From the NCBI RefSeq assembly GCF_036365525.1, contig NW_027141363.1:434001-498000 (forward strand): 64,000 bases of DNA, given 5' to 3'. The notes under the pieces are model-generated. The model was not told the origin of the DNA. It saw only the letters and a list, made by a program, of their open reading frames with translations, and did not search any database. This DNA comes from Heterodontus francisci. Its lineage: Eukaryota. Below are positions 14,185-27,500 of this stretch, piece by piece; position 1 is the first letter of the stretch, and every line of letters begins with the position of its first letter. A program made the translations under genes and the position numbers.

Positions 14185-14265
14185 AAATCTGGCTATTATC
14201 ACATTGCTGCTTGTGGGATCGTGCTGTGCATCTAGTGGCCTGCAGCATTTCTTCCATGACAACAG
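14185..14265 (+). mobile_element. Deu-domain SINE (SacSINE1/AmnSINE1-like) 3' fragment; related pieces at about 14425-14465, 14690-14730, 16865-16950, 17755-17905
   Basis: Repeated attatcacattgctgcttgtgggatc(t)tgctgtgca motif, recalled as part of the DeuSINE consensus. Not verified by search. Confidence 0.6.
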
Positions 14266-14856
14266 TTTCAAATTCAGCTTCCTGAGGGTCTGAGTGTGGA
14301 TTTATCTGTGTTTTTAGAAGAATTTTACAATAATTGCAAGAGCTGAACGTGAAGCTGTATAAAGACTTGGCATTAGTTTAACGATGGAGTTTAGCATTTT
14401 CTGAGGACTGTGATGGGATATTTGGCTATGATCACATTGTGGGATCCTGCTGTGCATACATTCCCTGAATCAATTCCTGCATCCAACACTGAGGCAGAAA
14501 CAGATGGAGAGAAAAAGAGAGAGAGTGAGAAACAGCTGGAGGTGGCAGGTTAAACAGAGAGAGAGAGAGAGACAGGCAGAGTGTGGGTGAGGGAGGGAAG
14601 GCAGAGAAAGATGGAGAAAGACAGAGAGAGGGCGAGAGAGAGAGAAATCCACACTCAAAAGCTTGGTACACTGAATATTGAAGTGTCAACATTGCTGGGA
14701 TCTTGCTGTGCACTAAAAACAGATTATCTGCATATTTGCATTATCTGAAGGCCTGGAATTAAAGTCCTGAGCTTGAAGCCAGTACAATTCCGGAGTAATG
14801 ATGGTGTTTTGGGCAGTGCCCTGAATTTGAGGGTGAAATGAAATTGTGGGATCTTG

Positions 14857-16867
14857 GTGAAATTGTGAGACTAGCTAAGAGGAAAAAGGAAGCACACATA
14901 AGGTCTAGGCGGCTGAAGAAAGACGAAGCTTTGAAAGAATATCGGGATTGTAGGCGCAATCTGAAACGAGGAATTAAGAGGGCTGAAAGGGGTCATGAAA
15001 TAGCTTTAGCAAACAGGGTTAAGGAAAATCCCAAAGCCTTTTATTCATATATAAGGAGCAAGAGGGTAACTAGAGAAAGGATTGGCCCACTCAAGGACAA
15101 AGGAGGAAAGTTATGCGTGGAGTCAGAGAAAATGGGTGAGATTCTAAACGAGTACTTTGCATTGGTATTCACCGAGGAGAGGGACATGAGGGATGTTGAG
15201 GTTAGGGACAAATGTTTGATTACTCTAGGTCAAGTCGGCATAAGGAGGTAGGAAGTGTTGGGTATTCTGAAAGGCATTAAGGTGGACAAGTCCCCAGGTC
15301 CGGATGGGATCTATCCCAGGTTACTGTGGGAAGCCAGAGAGGAAATAGTTGGGGCCTTAACAGATATCTTTGCAGCATCCTTAAACACGGGTGAGGTCCC
15401 GGAGGACTGGAGAATTGCTAATGTTGTCCCCTTGCTTAAGAAGGGTAGCAGGGATAATCCAGGTAATTATAGACCGGTGAAGCTGACGTCAGTGGTAGGG
15501 AAGCTGCTGGAGAAGATACTGAGGGATAGGATCTATTCCCATCTGGAAGAAAATGGGCTCATCAGTGATAGGCAACATGGTTTTGTGCAGGGAAGGTCAT
15601 GTCTTACCAACTTAATAGAATTCTTTGAGGAAGTGGCAAAGTTGATTGATGAGGGAAGGGCTGTAGATGTCATATACATGGACTTCAGTAAGGCGTTTGA
15701 TAAGGTTCCCCATGGTAGGCTGATGGAGAAAGTGAAGGCGCATGGGGTCCAAGGTGGACTAGCTAGATGGATAAAGAACTGGCTGGGCAACAGGAGACAG
15801 AGAGTAGCAGTGGAAGGGAGTTTCTCAAAATGGAGACGTGTGACCAGTGGTGTTCCACAGGGATCCGTGCTGGGACCACTGTTGTTTGTGATATACATAA
15901 ATGATTTGGAGGAAAGTATAGGTGGTCTGATTAGCAAGTTTGCAGACGACACTAAGATTGGTGGAGTAGCAGATACTGAAGGGGACTGTCAGAGAATACA
16001 GCAGAATATAGATAGACTGGAGAGTTGGGCAGAGAAATGGCAGATGGAGTTCAATCAGGGCAAATGCGAGGTGATGCATTTTGGAAGATCCAATTCAAGA
16101 GTGAACTATACAGTAAATGGAAATGTCCTGGGGAAAATTGATGTCCAGAGAGATTTGGGTGTTCAGGTCCATTGTTCCCTGAAGGTGGCAACGCAGGTCA
16201 ATAGAGTGGTCAAGAAGGCATACGGCATGCTTTCCTTCATCGGACGGGGTATTGAGTACAAGAGTTGGCAGGTCATGTTACAGTTGTATAGGACTTTGGT
16301 TCGGCCACATTTGGAATACTGCGTGCAGTTCTGGTCGCCACATTACCAAAAGGATGTGGATGCTTTGGAGAGGGTGCAGAGGAGGTTCACCAGGATGTTG
16401 CCTGGTATGGAGGGCGCTAGCTATGAAGAGAGGTTGAGTAGATTAGGATTATTTTCATTAGAAAGACGGAGGTTGAGGGGGGACCTGATTGAGGTGTACA
16501 AAATCATGAGAGGTATAGACAGAGTGGATAGCAAGAAGCTTTTTCCCAGAGTGGGGGATTCAATTACAAGGGGACATGAGTTCAAAGTGAAAGGGGAAAA
16601 GTTTAGGGGGGATATGCGTGGAAAGTTATTTACGCAGAGGGTGGTGGGTGCATGGAACGCATTACCAGCGGAGGTGGTAGACGCAGGCACGATAGCGTCT
16701 TTTAAGATGTATCTAGACAGATACATGAATGGGCAGGAAGTAAAGAGATACAGACCCTTAGAAAATAGGCGACAGGTTTAGATAGAGGATTTGTATCGGC
16801 GTAGGCTTGGAGGGCCGAAGGGCCTGTTCCTGTGCTGTAATTTTCTTTGTTCTTTGTTCTTTGTTCT
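14857..16867 (+). mobile_element. 5'-truncated young CR1 LINE: complete RT domain, one premature stop (TAG 15249-15251), 3' tail
   Basis: ORFs 14838-15251 and 15255-16781 include GVPQGSVLGP, FADDTKI and YRTLVRPHLEY. Ends in a (ttctttg)n tail. Inserted inside a tgtgggatctt/gctgtg SINE motif. Confidence 0.96.
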
Positions 16868-17260
16868 TGCTGTGACCAAATGGCATGCAGTGTTTCCAAC
16901 ATTGCAACAGTGACGACCACTTTAACAATCAATTCACTGAGTGTCAAATGTTCCCGATTCATTTCAGTTCATTTTACTGAAGTTCTGAGTTTCGATTTGT
17001 CTCTCTGTCTCACTCCAGCTTTCTTTCCCTCTGTCTCTCTAATTAAACCTTTAATAGTTAAAAACACACACAGCAGGGTGATTTGTTGTTGGTTTAAATG
17101 GTGAGACAGAAGTATTTCATAACTATTTTCAGTCAACACTACATATGAGATAGAGGGACAAAAACAGATATGGACAGAGAAAGAGAAGGAGAGACAGGGG
17201 ACGAATGGGATAGGAACAGAGAGAGATACAGAGACAGTGGAGATAGAGATAATGAGACAG

Positions 17261-17292
<32 letters not shown>

Positions 17293-18152
17293 GTGGAGGT
17301 TGCTGTCACAATCCTTTTATCCTTTGGTTTATTAACTGTGATTTGTTTGTATTTGGGTGTTGCTGAGAGAGTGTCTGTGTAACCGAGGGCAATTCCTGGG
17401 CTCTTGCTGTGCTATTTTGTTTAACAATGCATTTTAATCAATTTTCTCTCTCTCCATCTTGCCATAGGAATTTTCATTCTGAAAACTGCATGGTGAAGAT
17501 GAAAAGAGGGAAAGTTTGGGACGAGGAATCCTTGGACAGGAGCTTCCTCCTGAGGGGACGGACTGAGGCCTTGTCCACAGGCTGCACCCAAAGGGCCCAC
17601 GTGAGTTGTGTCTGTTTATTAGGCCGTGGTTTAATTTCATGTCTGGGGTCCTGGGCTAACCAGTTCCTGTCGGATTGGGGCCCTGCTGTTTTAAATAGGT
17701 TGAAAGCCTGGGGTTAAAGGAGCAGCCTTGGTGCAAAACCTTGGTTGAAGTGGCACCATTGCTGGGATCTTGCTGTGCACAGCTTGCCGGCTGTTATCAC
17801 ACTGCTGCTTGTGGGATCTTGCTGTGTACCAATGGCCTGCAGCATTTCCAACATTGCAACAGTGACGAGCACTTTAAAAATTAATTCATTGAGTGTCAAA
17901 TACTTCTGTGAATCAGCAATGAAATGGCTGAAATGTGAAGGTTTGGAAAGGCTTGTTCTCATTCCCGAATAATGCTGGTGTCTTAGGCTGTGGGCTGAAT
18001 TTGACAGTGAAATGAATCACCTGGCAGAGTTTCAGGGATGGGAATGTGGATTTCTCTCTCTATCCTTCTATGGGAGAGAGGATGGGGGTCACCAGTGTTT
18101 GTGTGTTTTTACAATGAGGCAGAAACAGATGTAGAGAGACACACAGAGAAAT

Positions 18153-18184
<32 letters not shown>

Positions 18185-20154
18185 AGAGACAGCAGGAAAT
18201 GACAGGGTAAACACATCCACACTTCCCAGTCTCTGGCTCTGTGTCGGGGATGTGTTGGTAAGATGGGGATTCACTGGGAGATTGTTTTCTGTCAGTGAGT
18301 GAGAGAAAGAGCCCTGGGCTCTCGCTGTGTTTTATTTCTGTTCAAAAATGCTTTGCTTTATTTGAATCTAATTTATTTCTTATTCCCAAGGAGAATCTTT
18401 TCGGAAGCTGCAGCTGTGATGATGCAAAGGTAGAATCTTTAGGCCACGTGGAATTCTCAGACAAGAGCTTTAACCAGGGAGGGAAAATAATAATAAATAT
18501 ATATTTGTCATTGTCAAGTTCATTTCTAAATACAAAAAAGAAGACTGTGTGTGATTTCGGGGCTGATAGAAAAACAAAGTGCTGGAAATGCTCAGTATTT
18601 CCAGCACGGTTTTTATTTCAAATTGCCAGCATCTGCAGTATTTTGATTTTGTGTTTTCGGGGGTCTGTGGCTTTTCTCCCAATAGGGAGGGGGCTGGAGG
18701 GCGCTCCCGAAGGGAATAGTTTGGGAAGCGCTGCTCCAGAACAGTCAATGTAATCCCGTAGATTTCCCTCTCTCCATCTCTTGCTGCAACTTGTTCCCTG
18801 CACCTTCCTCCTTGTTCCTAGTTCTTTTTCTTCACATCTTTAAATCTCTATCTCTATCTCTCAACATCCTTTCTTTCTCTGCCCCTCGCTAGAGTCTCAC
18901 AGGTTTCCATTGTCACTCTCTTTCTGCGATTCTCTGCATCTTTATCTGTCTCTCTCTCTCTTCTCCCACTCACTTCCAAATCCCTGAATCTTTCCATCTC
19001 TGCTCCTCCTTTCCTGCAAGATTATCTCTGCATTTCCCCCATCCCGGGACACCCCTCTCTTATCTGGAAACGCGTCTTACTTTGTATCTCTGCCCCTCCA
19101 CTTCTTTCTGTCTCTGCATCTCTCTTTGTCTGCGATCTTTCTCAATATCTACATCTCTGTGTATGTCTCCATTTCTCTCTCTCTCTGCCCTTCTCGGTAT
19201 TTCTGTCCCTCTGTTCTCAGTTTCTCTCACTGGTTTCGGACTCCAGCTCCATTTCCATTTATTTCTCTCTCTTTCTGTTCTGTCCTAATCCTGGGATCTG
19301 TTTTCTGTGTCACTTTCCCTCTGTCTGGGGGTGGATTTGAACTAGCTGCCTTGGTGTTGTACAGGGTGATTGTGAAGTGGGATCCTGCTTTCCATCTCTG
19401 CCCAGTTTTGCTCCCATTGATGTAAAAACAGGGGGGAGGAGCTGAACGGACAGCCGATTCACAACCACCCTCCTCCCCTCCATCCTGGTTTGCACCATTG
19501 GCACCAAGTCCGAGTCCAGCCCAGTGTTTCTTTGGCTCTCTGTGTATCTGCTCCCTGACTGTCTCTGCCTGTCTCCTTGTGGCTCAATGGGGGAAGGGAC
19601 AGATCAGCCATGATCTAACATGGGTGGGTCAGGCTCAAAAGGCTGAATGGCCTCCTCCCGTCCCTGTGCCAGTCAGTGTGTGAGTGTTTGTGTGTGTCTC
19701 CCTCTGTTTGATTCCCTGAAGCCGATGGGGAGAACAGGTGAAACACCTTTCTGCAGAGAGGGATGTGTCTGGAGCTGGGATCTTCCTGTGCATTAAAGGC
19801 TCAGAATGCCAGTTAGCCTCTGAAGGTCCTTGCTCTATGCCCGGCCCAGTGTTTGGCCTGACATGAGTTAAAGGTGCCGGTGCTCTGGGAGCCTGTTGAT
19901 GGAATTCCACTGGCTTATCCAGATCAGGAATTAAAGTGAACGAAGGGTTGTCGGGAGACGGAGCCAAACCGAGGTAAGTGATGGAGGTGGGAATAACACG
20001 GGGGGGGGGGTGCGGGGAGGGGGCTGTTCACGGGGGAGATGATACAGTGTGGGATTAAATAAAGGGGTTGCTTTTACACGACAGGGAGGGTATTCGGAAA
20101 GGGGAAGTGTTTACAGTGGAGGGTAGGGGGCAGAATTAGATTACGGTCAGTTAA

Positions 20155-20700
20155 TGGGGGGTATTTGGATGGGAGTCTGCTCCTGGGGGTATTTAGATGG
20201 GGGTCTGTTCACAGAAGGGGGCAGTATTTAGATGGGGGTCTGTTGCGGACGGGTATAGAGATGGGAGTTTGTTCCCGGGAGGTATTTAGATGGGTGTTTG
20301 TTCCGGGGGCTATTCAGATGGGAAATTTTTCCCGGGGTCTATTCAGATAGGGGTTTGTTCCTGGTGGGGGTATTTAGATGGGAGTTTGTTCCTGGGGGGG
20401 TATTTAGATGGGGGTCTGGTCCTGAGGGGGGTTTATTCAGATGGAAGCAAGTTACTGGGGGGTATTTAAATGGGAGCTTGTTCTCGGGGTGTATTTAGAT
20501 GGGAGTCTGTTCCCGGGGGGTATTTTGATGGGAGTCTGTTCCTGGGGGGTACTTAGATGGGAGTCTGTTCCCGGGGGGTATTTCGATGGGAGTCTGTCTG
20601 GGGGGGGGGTGGTGGTATTTTGATGGGGGTCTGTTCGCGGGGGGATATTTAGATGGGAGTCTGTTGCCGGGGGTATTTCGATGGGTTGTCTTGTAACAGA
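20155..20700. repeat. G-rich minisatellite, ~31-33 bp unit (gggtatttagatgggagtctgttcctgggg)
   Basis: Tandem degenerate copies visible directly. Confidence 0.9.
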
Positions 20701-20934
20701 GGGAAGGGGATAATTAGATGGGTTCTGTTGATAATGAGGGTATTAGATGGGGGTCAGTTAACAGGAGATATCAGATCGGGGTCTGCAGACGAGGATTATT
20801 TAGATTGGGGGGGTCTGTGCAAGGGGGAGATGTTTTCTGGGGGGGAAGTATTGCAGGGAAAAAGATTTGCTTGGTGCACAAAAATTGCAGGGGGTGGATA
20901 AATTGAGGGGTGGATAAATTGATGGGGTGGATAG

Positions 20935-22310
20935 GGTCAGAAAAAGACAGAAAAAGTCAGAAAGAGAGAGAGAAATGATAGAAAGAGAAATAGAGAAGAC
21001 AGAAAGATACAAAGAAAGAGAGAGAAAAAGAAGGAGAGAAAAGATAGAAAGAGACAGAGAAAAGATAGAAGTAGACAAGAAAGAGAGAGACAAGGTGAGA
21101 GTAAAAGAAAGAGAGAAAAGATAGAAAGAGAAAGAGAGAAGATAGAAATAGAAAGAGAGAAGATAGAAAAGAAAGAAAGACACAGAAACAGAAAAGAGAG
21201 AGAAACTCAGAGAAATAGAGAAAAGACAGAGAGACAGAAATAGAGAAAAGACAGAAAAAGTCAGAAATAGAGAATTGAAGGAAAGTCAGAATAAGAAAAA
21301 GGACAGAAAGAGAGAGAAAAAGAGGAGGGGAAAAAGTGGAGGGAAAGAACAAAGACTCAAAGAAATTGCAGGCACCAAAGAGACAGACAGAAAGCCAATG
21401 AGAAAGACACAGAGAATCACAGAGAGATTGAAAGAGATGACAGAGAAAGCCATTGAGACAGAAAGACGCACAATCACTCAGAGAGAGAGAGAAACACAAA
21501 GTGAGGGAGAGAGAGAGAGATGGAGGAACACAGAGAGGGAGAAATACAGAGAGCAGAGATTGAGGAACAGAGAGAGAGAGAGTAACAGTCAGAAATACAA
21601 AGTGAGGGAGAGATTGAGAAATAGAGAGAATGAGAGAGAGATTTAGTGCGAGAGAGAGAGTGATTGAGTGCGAGAGAGAGAGAGACATTGAGTGCGAGAG
21701 AGAGAGAGGGAGAGATTGAGTGCGAGAGAGAGAGAGACTTCAGTGCGAGAGAGAGAGAGATTCCAGTGCGAGAGAGAGAGAGATTTCAGTGCGAGAGAGA
21801 GATTTCAGTGCGAGAGACAGAGATTTCAGTGTGAGAGAGAGAGATTTCAGTGAGAGAGAGAATTCAGTGAGAGACAGAATTCAGTGAGAGAGAGATTCAG
21901 TGAGATTCAGAGAGAGAGATTGAGTGAGAGAGATATTGAGTGAGAGAGAGATTGAGTGAGAGAGAGATTGAGAGAGCGAGAGATTGAGTGAGAGAGATTG
22001 AGTGAGAGAGAGATTGAGTGAGAGAGAGATTGAGTGAGACAGAGATTCAGTGAGAGGGAGATTCAGTGAGATAGAGATTCAGTGAGAGAGAGATTCAGTG
22101 AGAGAGAGATTGAGTGACAGAGAGAATTCAGTGAGAGAGAGAATTCAGTGAGAGAGAGAAATCAGTGAGAGGGAGATTGACTGAGGGAGACTGAGTGAGA
22201 GAGAGAATTCAGTGAGAGGGAGATTCAGTGATAGGGAGATTCAGTGAGAGAGACTGAGTGAAAGAAACTGAGTCAGAAGGAGGGAGAAAGGGAGAGAGAG
22301 ACAATAAAGA
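20935..22310. repeat. AG-rich low-complexity tract grading into a (gattcagtgagagaga)n tandem repeat
   Basis: Visible directly. The tandem part spans about 21640-22270. Confidence 0.9.
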
Positions 22311-24059
22311 TGTGATACACACCATCCCACACCGTCTGCGTTCCATCGTTGGACACTAACACCATCTCTCCATCAACTCATCCATGGGGAAAAGATCCTG
22401 GAGAGGGGCATTGGGGTGGGATTTGGAGATAAGCGTCAGGACTGGGACAGAGAGAGCAGGGGAATCAGACTGGACATTCACACACACACATACACTGTAA
22501 TCAGCTTGCAATTCACCTGGGCACAGAGACACAGAGACTGAAACACAGAAACTCACCTTCAGAAACCAGCCGCATGGAAAGAAAGAATGGAGGCTGATGT
22601 TGTCCTAATATATCCCAGAACCTGTCACTCAAAACAGCCAGTCCACCCAAAATACAGCATTCAGCTTCCTCCATCTGGACACTCCCTCCCAGGTATGGGA
22701 CAGTCCAAGGTGAGTTTCTGTGCAAACAGGGAATGGTAGAGAGAGGGATATTCCAGCCATATCCCAAATGGACCATTCCAGACAGAAACCTGTCTGTCTG
22801 TCTGTCTCTCTCTCCCTCCCCCAAAAACCTCATGAACAGAGCAGAAAAGCTGCTGTCATTTAAAACCTGGAGGGGCCGGTTTGGATAATGGCCATTTAAC
22901 ACTGATTGTATTAAATGTCTTTCACTATTCACATCCAGTTAACAGAAAGTTCAGAAAATGACTCACTGCAATTACCTTGAAATTGTGACAAAGTGTTATT
23001 GCTGGAGAGGCCGGTTTGACTGCAGTATAAACAGGCAGTTTTTATTCGGTTTTTCAATTTCACTGTATGACAAAGAGTGAAACTGGAGCCAGGTTAATGC
23101 GGCAGCCAAGAGAACTTTTATAACCAGTGACATTTCACACAACAATTCGTACCCAAATTTACTGTTATATTTGTCAATGATTCTTTGTAGTTTATTTGCT
23201 GCTGCTGTATTTATGCATTAGCCTGTAATCAATCAAAAAAACCTCCTGAACATTCGCCAGTTTAATGTTACAAGGGTTTACAAAGCTGGGAAATGGACAT
23301 TTATCTTAAATGATATTTAAGATCTTCCACTTTTCACCTCCAGTTTATATAAAGTTCAGCGATAAAGACCTCTACATTCTGACAAAGAGTTTTTACTGCT
23401 GCAATAAAGTGTCACTTGTTTCCATTTGCTTCCTGACTGTTTCTTTCCTCTGTTCTCCTGGGGGATTCAGAGGGATTTTTGTTCATTGTTTGTCCACATT
23501 CCTCTGCAGCTGCTGTCCTGGAGAAATTAATTATATTGTATTCAAAATCTTTCCCTCAGTTTGGAGATATGAGGAGAGACTGTTTTCACTAGCAGAGGGG
23601 AGAAACAAATAGGCAGGGAGTTGCTCTGGTCTGGAATTCACTGTCTGACAGGTTTCTGAAAGCAGATTCAATATTAACTTTCAAAATACAATCGGATCAA
23701 AACTTCAATTTCTCTGAATTATAGTAGAGAAGATACCAGCAGAGAGAAGTGAGAGCGAGACAGAGATGCCATAACCATAGTGATGAAGAATTGAACACCA
23801 CTTATATAGAGAGTTTTTATTTGAAAATGATTGAGTTTAATTTGATGCTGTTAATTTATTTATCCATTACCTTTAATCATTTAAAATAATTTTCCAAACA
23901 GTAACGAGTTTAATGTTACAAGTGTTTACATCGTAGTAAAATAGCCACTTTACACAAACTGTATTGAAATTATTTTATTGAGCATCTCAAGTTTACAGAA
24001 AGAAAATTCCGCAAACTTGTAAAAACTTTCAAACATTCAGCAACACAGAATCTCGATCA

Positions 24060-24250
24060 GCAACGGCTCAGCATCTCCATCTCCTGGTGCCCCTCTCTCA
24101 CTGCAGTTACAGTCTCCCTCTCACCATCTCCATCTGCTGGTGTCCCTCTCTCACTGCAGTTGCTGCTCCCTCTCACCATCTCCATCTGCTGGTGTCCCTG
24201 CCTCACTGCAGTTACTGCCCCTCTCCCCACCTCACAATCACTGCCATTTG
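24060..24250. repeat. Short tandem repeat, ~51 bp unit
   Basis: ctctcactgcagtt...ccctctcaccatctccatctgctggtgtcc repeated about 3 times. Confidence 0.75.
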
Positions 24251-24287
24251 CAGCTTTGTCCACTGGCGGCGGTTGTTGACAAGGCAA

Positions 24288-24303
24288 CCACTAGGTGGCG
24301 CTG
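24288..24303 (+). promoter_or_regulatory. Candidate CTCF binding site
   Basis: CCACTAGGTGGCGCTG is a close match to the CTCF core CCASYAGRKGGCRS. A YY1-like AAGATGGCG lies at 24380-24388. Confidence 0.6.
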
Positions 24304-24500
24304 TACTAGCACATGCGCAAATGTACACTGTTCCAATTAAACGTCATGGTCTGCCACGTGCAGGCAGCTGCCAGGACTAAAGATGGCGCCGGTCAAATAA
24401 TCACAAAGGTGGGTGGAGGGTGGGAGGTGGAGCTGGGGGTCTGGGGGGGGGGGAGGGGGAATGGGATTTAGTTACAGTGTTTGAAACCCTTCAGCTCTTT

Positions 24501-27500
24501 CTATGATTTCACTAATTTAACAATGAGATTGAGAGGGTATTTCACCCCCTTCTTCAGCTCCTGTCTGAATTTAGTCTGGGTCACAATGTAAATACATGTG
24601 TTGGTGCAGGAACTGAGAATCTGCAGCATCTTTGATGTTTGTTCTGTGATAAAGAGAGGGTCAGTGAGGGAGGAATAATATAGAATATCTGCAATTCGAC
24701 AATAAATGATAAACACAACACGGGTCACCCATAACAGGATAAAACTGCCGGATATACTGAAGAGTAAAATAACTGATTTCCTGCGATTCTCCATCTCTGC
24801 GTCCTTGTGATTCTCTGCATTGCTGTGGCGCCGGAATCCCCTGCGGACTTTACTGGAGAATAAAATCCGTCTGACAGTCAGAACATTGAGCAGCAACATC
24901 AGAAAGACTGGGACACAAGGGGTTAAAATGTAATTAAACAATTCAAATGCCCCCCATATGGGGGAAGTAAAGAAACTCAGTTTATAAACACAACCCATGG
25001 GAACATTATTAATAATGGAATATTGTTCCTGTGTAAAGTACCAGGGGAGAGACTCTAAACAGCCCAGCACACTCACTGTTCCAACAACCACAGCCGCCGT
25101 TTTCTCGCTGCAATATTTTGTTTTCAGCTTCTCACAACAAATGGCCACAAATCGATCAAAGGTGAAAGTGACTGTGAGCCAGACAGAAACAACTGTGGAT
25201 GCAGAAATCAAAACGGCAAGGAGAGAACAGACAGGAGTAATGTTCAGGAATGAATATGGAAAATAAATTGATCCAATCCATCTCAATATGGGATTAGTGA
25301 TAACGACCAGGAGATCAGACACTGCCATTCCCACCAGGTAGACAGTGATACATTTGGAGAGACCGCACTTTCCTCGGGACAGGATCACAATCGCCACCAA
25401 GTTAACTGGAAGAGAGAGAGAAAAGGAAGCAGAGAAATTACTGATCAGACCTGGAGACAAAGCAGCAGTTTGACAGGATCTGGGCTGAAATTTCCAGCTT
25501 TGTTGCTGCATCGAGCAGTGAAAACTGATTCATTGAACTGGGCAGTGCTTTGTCAAAGTGAAATGTTTGAAAACACAATTATTAATAATGAATTGGGAAA
25601 TTGATATAGAAAGTGAATAAAGTCAGCACTGGATATACTGGAAGTACTGCGTGAGGATGCAGTGTCAGTGGGGAAATGAGAAGGGGTTTTACAGAGATGG
25701 AATCCTATGTGTTAATTGAGAATGTGTCTCCAGACTGTTGGTTAGGAAGGTTTGTGGAGAGCGGGATGGTTTGTTGCTCTGGGTTTAGGGACTGTTATCA
25801 AATGGGAAAAGGCTGAAAACTGCAGCGCTGAGTTTGAGTATCAGCCATGATCTAGAATGGTGGAGCACGCCCGAAGGGCTGAATGGCCTCCTCCTACTCA
25901 TATGTTACTGTATTCCTATCAGGTTGGACGAGGCAGCAGGAGGTGGAGCCAGTGAGGGTAATTGGGAGGGAGAGAAGGAAAAGGACATGTTGGAGCTGGA
26001 GGGGAGACTGGAGCAAATGGTTTGGGAATGTGGATAAACTGAAGCAATGGATGATGAGGAGACTGAAGATTCAATACAGTGAGAGGAGAGGCTGAGATTC
26101 ACAGAGAGAGACTGCAGCAGAGTGTTAGAGGAAATCTAATATATAGATCCCAGCAATACAACTCAATTCATACATTCAAACAATAATCCCTGTGGTAATT
26201 GGTGTTGGAGCACAGTTTGTACAATATCGTCAATATATTTAGTTTGTAGAGGCAATTAAATATAAATTTAAATATATTTCTGATATCAGCCTCGCTCTTT
26301 ATTGAATTCAGTAGTCACAGAGATTTTAAAGTGCAGTATTTAAATTAAAAATTTCCATCAGTGTAAAACTGATTCTATTCAGATCATGCAGTCACTAAGT
26401 AAGGAACAGGAACTTTCCACAAAACAAAATGAGGCCCTGACAGAAATCAACACAGAGGAACAAGTCCAACAGGAAAATGAACACAATCTGGAAATGACCT
26501 GGAAGAGTGTGTAGAAGGGTGGGTTAGTAAATTTGCGGATGACACTAAGGTCGGTGGAGTTGTGGATAGTGCCGAAGGATGTTGTAGGGTACAGAGGGAC
26601 ATAGATAGGCTGCAGAGCTGGGCTGAGAGATGGCAAATGGAGTTTAATGCGGAAAAGTGCGAGGTGATTTACTTTGAAAGGAGTAACAGGAATGCAGAGT
26701 ACTGGGCTAATGGGAAGATTCTTGGTAGTGTAGATGAACAGAGAGATCTTGGTGTCCAGGTGCATAAATCCCTGAAGGTTGCTACCCAGGTTAATAGGGC
26801 TGTTAAGAAGGCATATGCTGTGTTAGCTTTTATTAGTAGGGGGATCGAGTTTCGGAGGCACGAGGTCATGCTGCAGCTGTACAAAACTCTGATGAGACCG
26901 CACCAGGAGTATTGCGTGCAGTTCTGGTCACCGCATTATAGGAAGGATGTGGAAGCTATGGAAAGGGTGCAGAGGAGATTTACTAGGATGTTGTCTGGTA
27001 TGGAGGGAAGGTCTTACGAGGAAAGGCTGAGGGACTTGAGGTTGTTTTCGTTTGAGAGAAGGAGGAGGAGAGGTGATTTAATAGAGACATTTAAGATAAT
27101 CAGAGGGTTGGATAGGGTGGATAGTGAGAGTCTTTTTCCTCGGATGGTGATGGCAAACACGAGGGGACATAGCTTCAAGTTGAGGGGTGATAGATATAGG
27201 ACAGATGTCAGAGGTAGTTTCTTTACTCAGAGAGTAGTAGGGGCGTGGAGCGCCCTGCCTGCAACAGTAGTAGACTCGCCCACTTTAAGGGCATTTAAGT
27301 GGTCATTGGATAGACATATGGATGAAAATGGAATAGTGTAGGTCAGATGGTTTCACAGGTCTGCGCAACATCGAGGGCCGAAGGGCCTGTACTGCGCTGT
27401 AATGTTCTATGTTCTATGTTCTATCAGTGTAGAACTGATTCTATTCTGTTTATTCAGTCACTAAGTAAGGAATAGGAACTTTCTACAAAACAAAATGAGG

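Noticed and set aside
25406-25511. Single-exon start for the GPCR as in the ORF track
   Set aside because: This stretch is intronic (pyrimidine tract plus AG at 25407-25406). The real first exon with the first half of TM1 is at 28814-28745.
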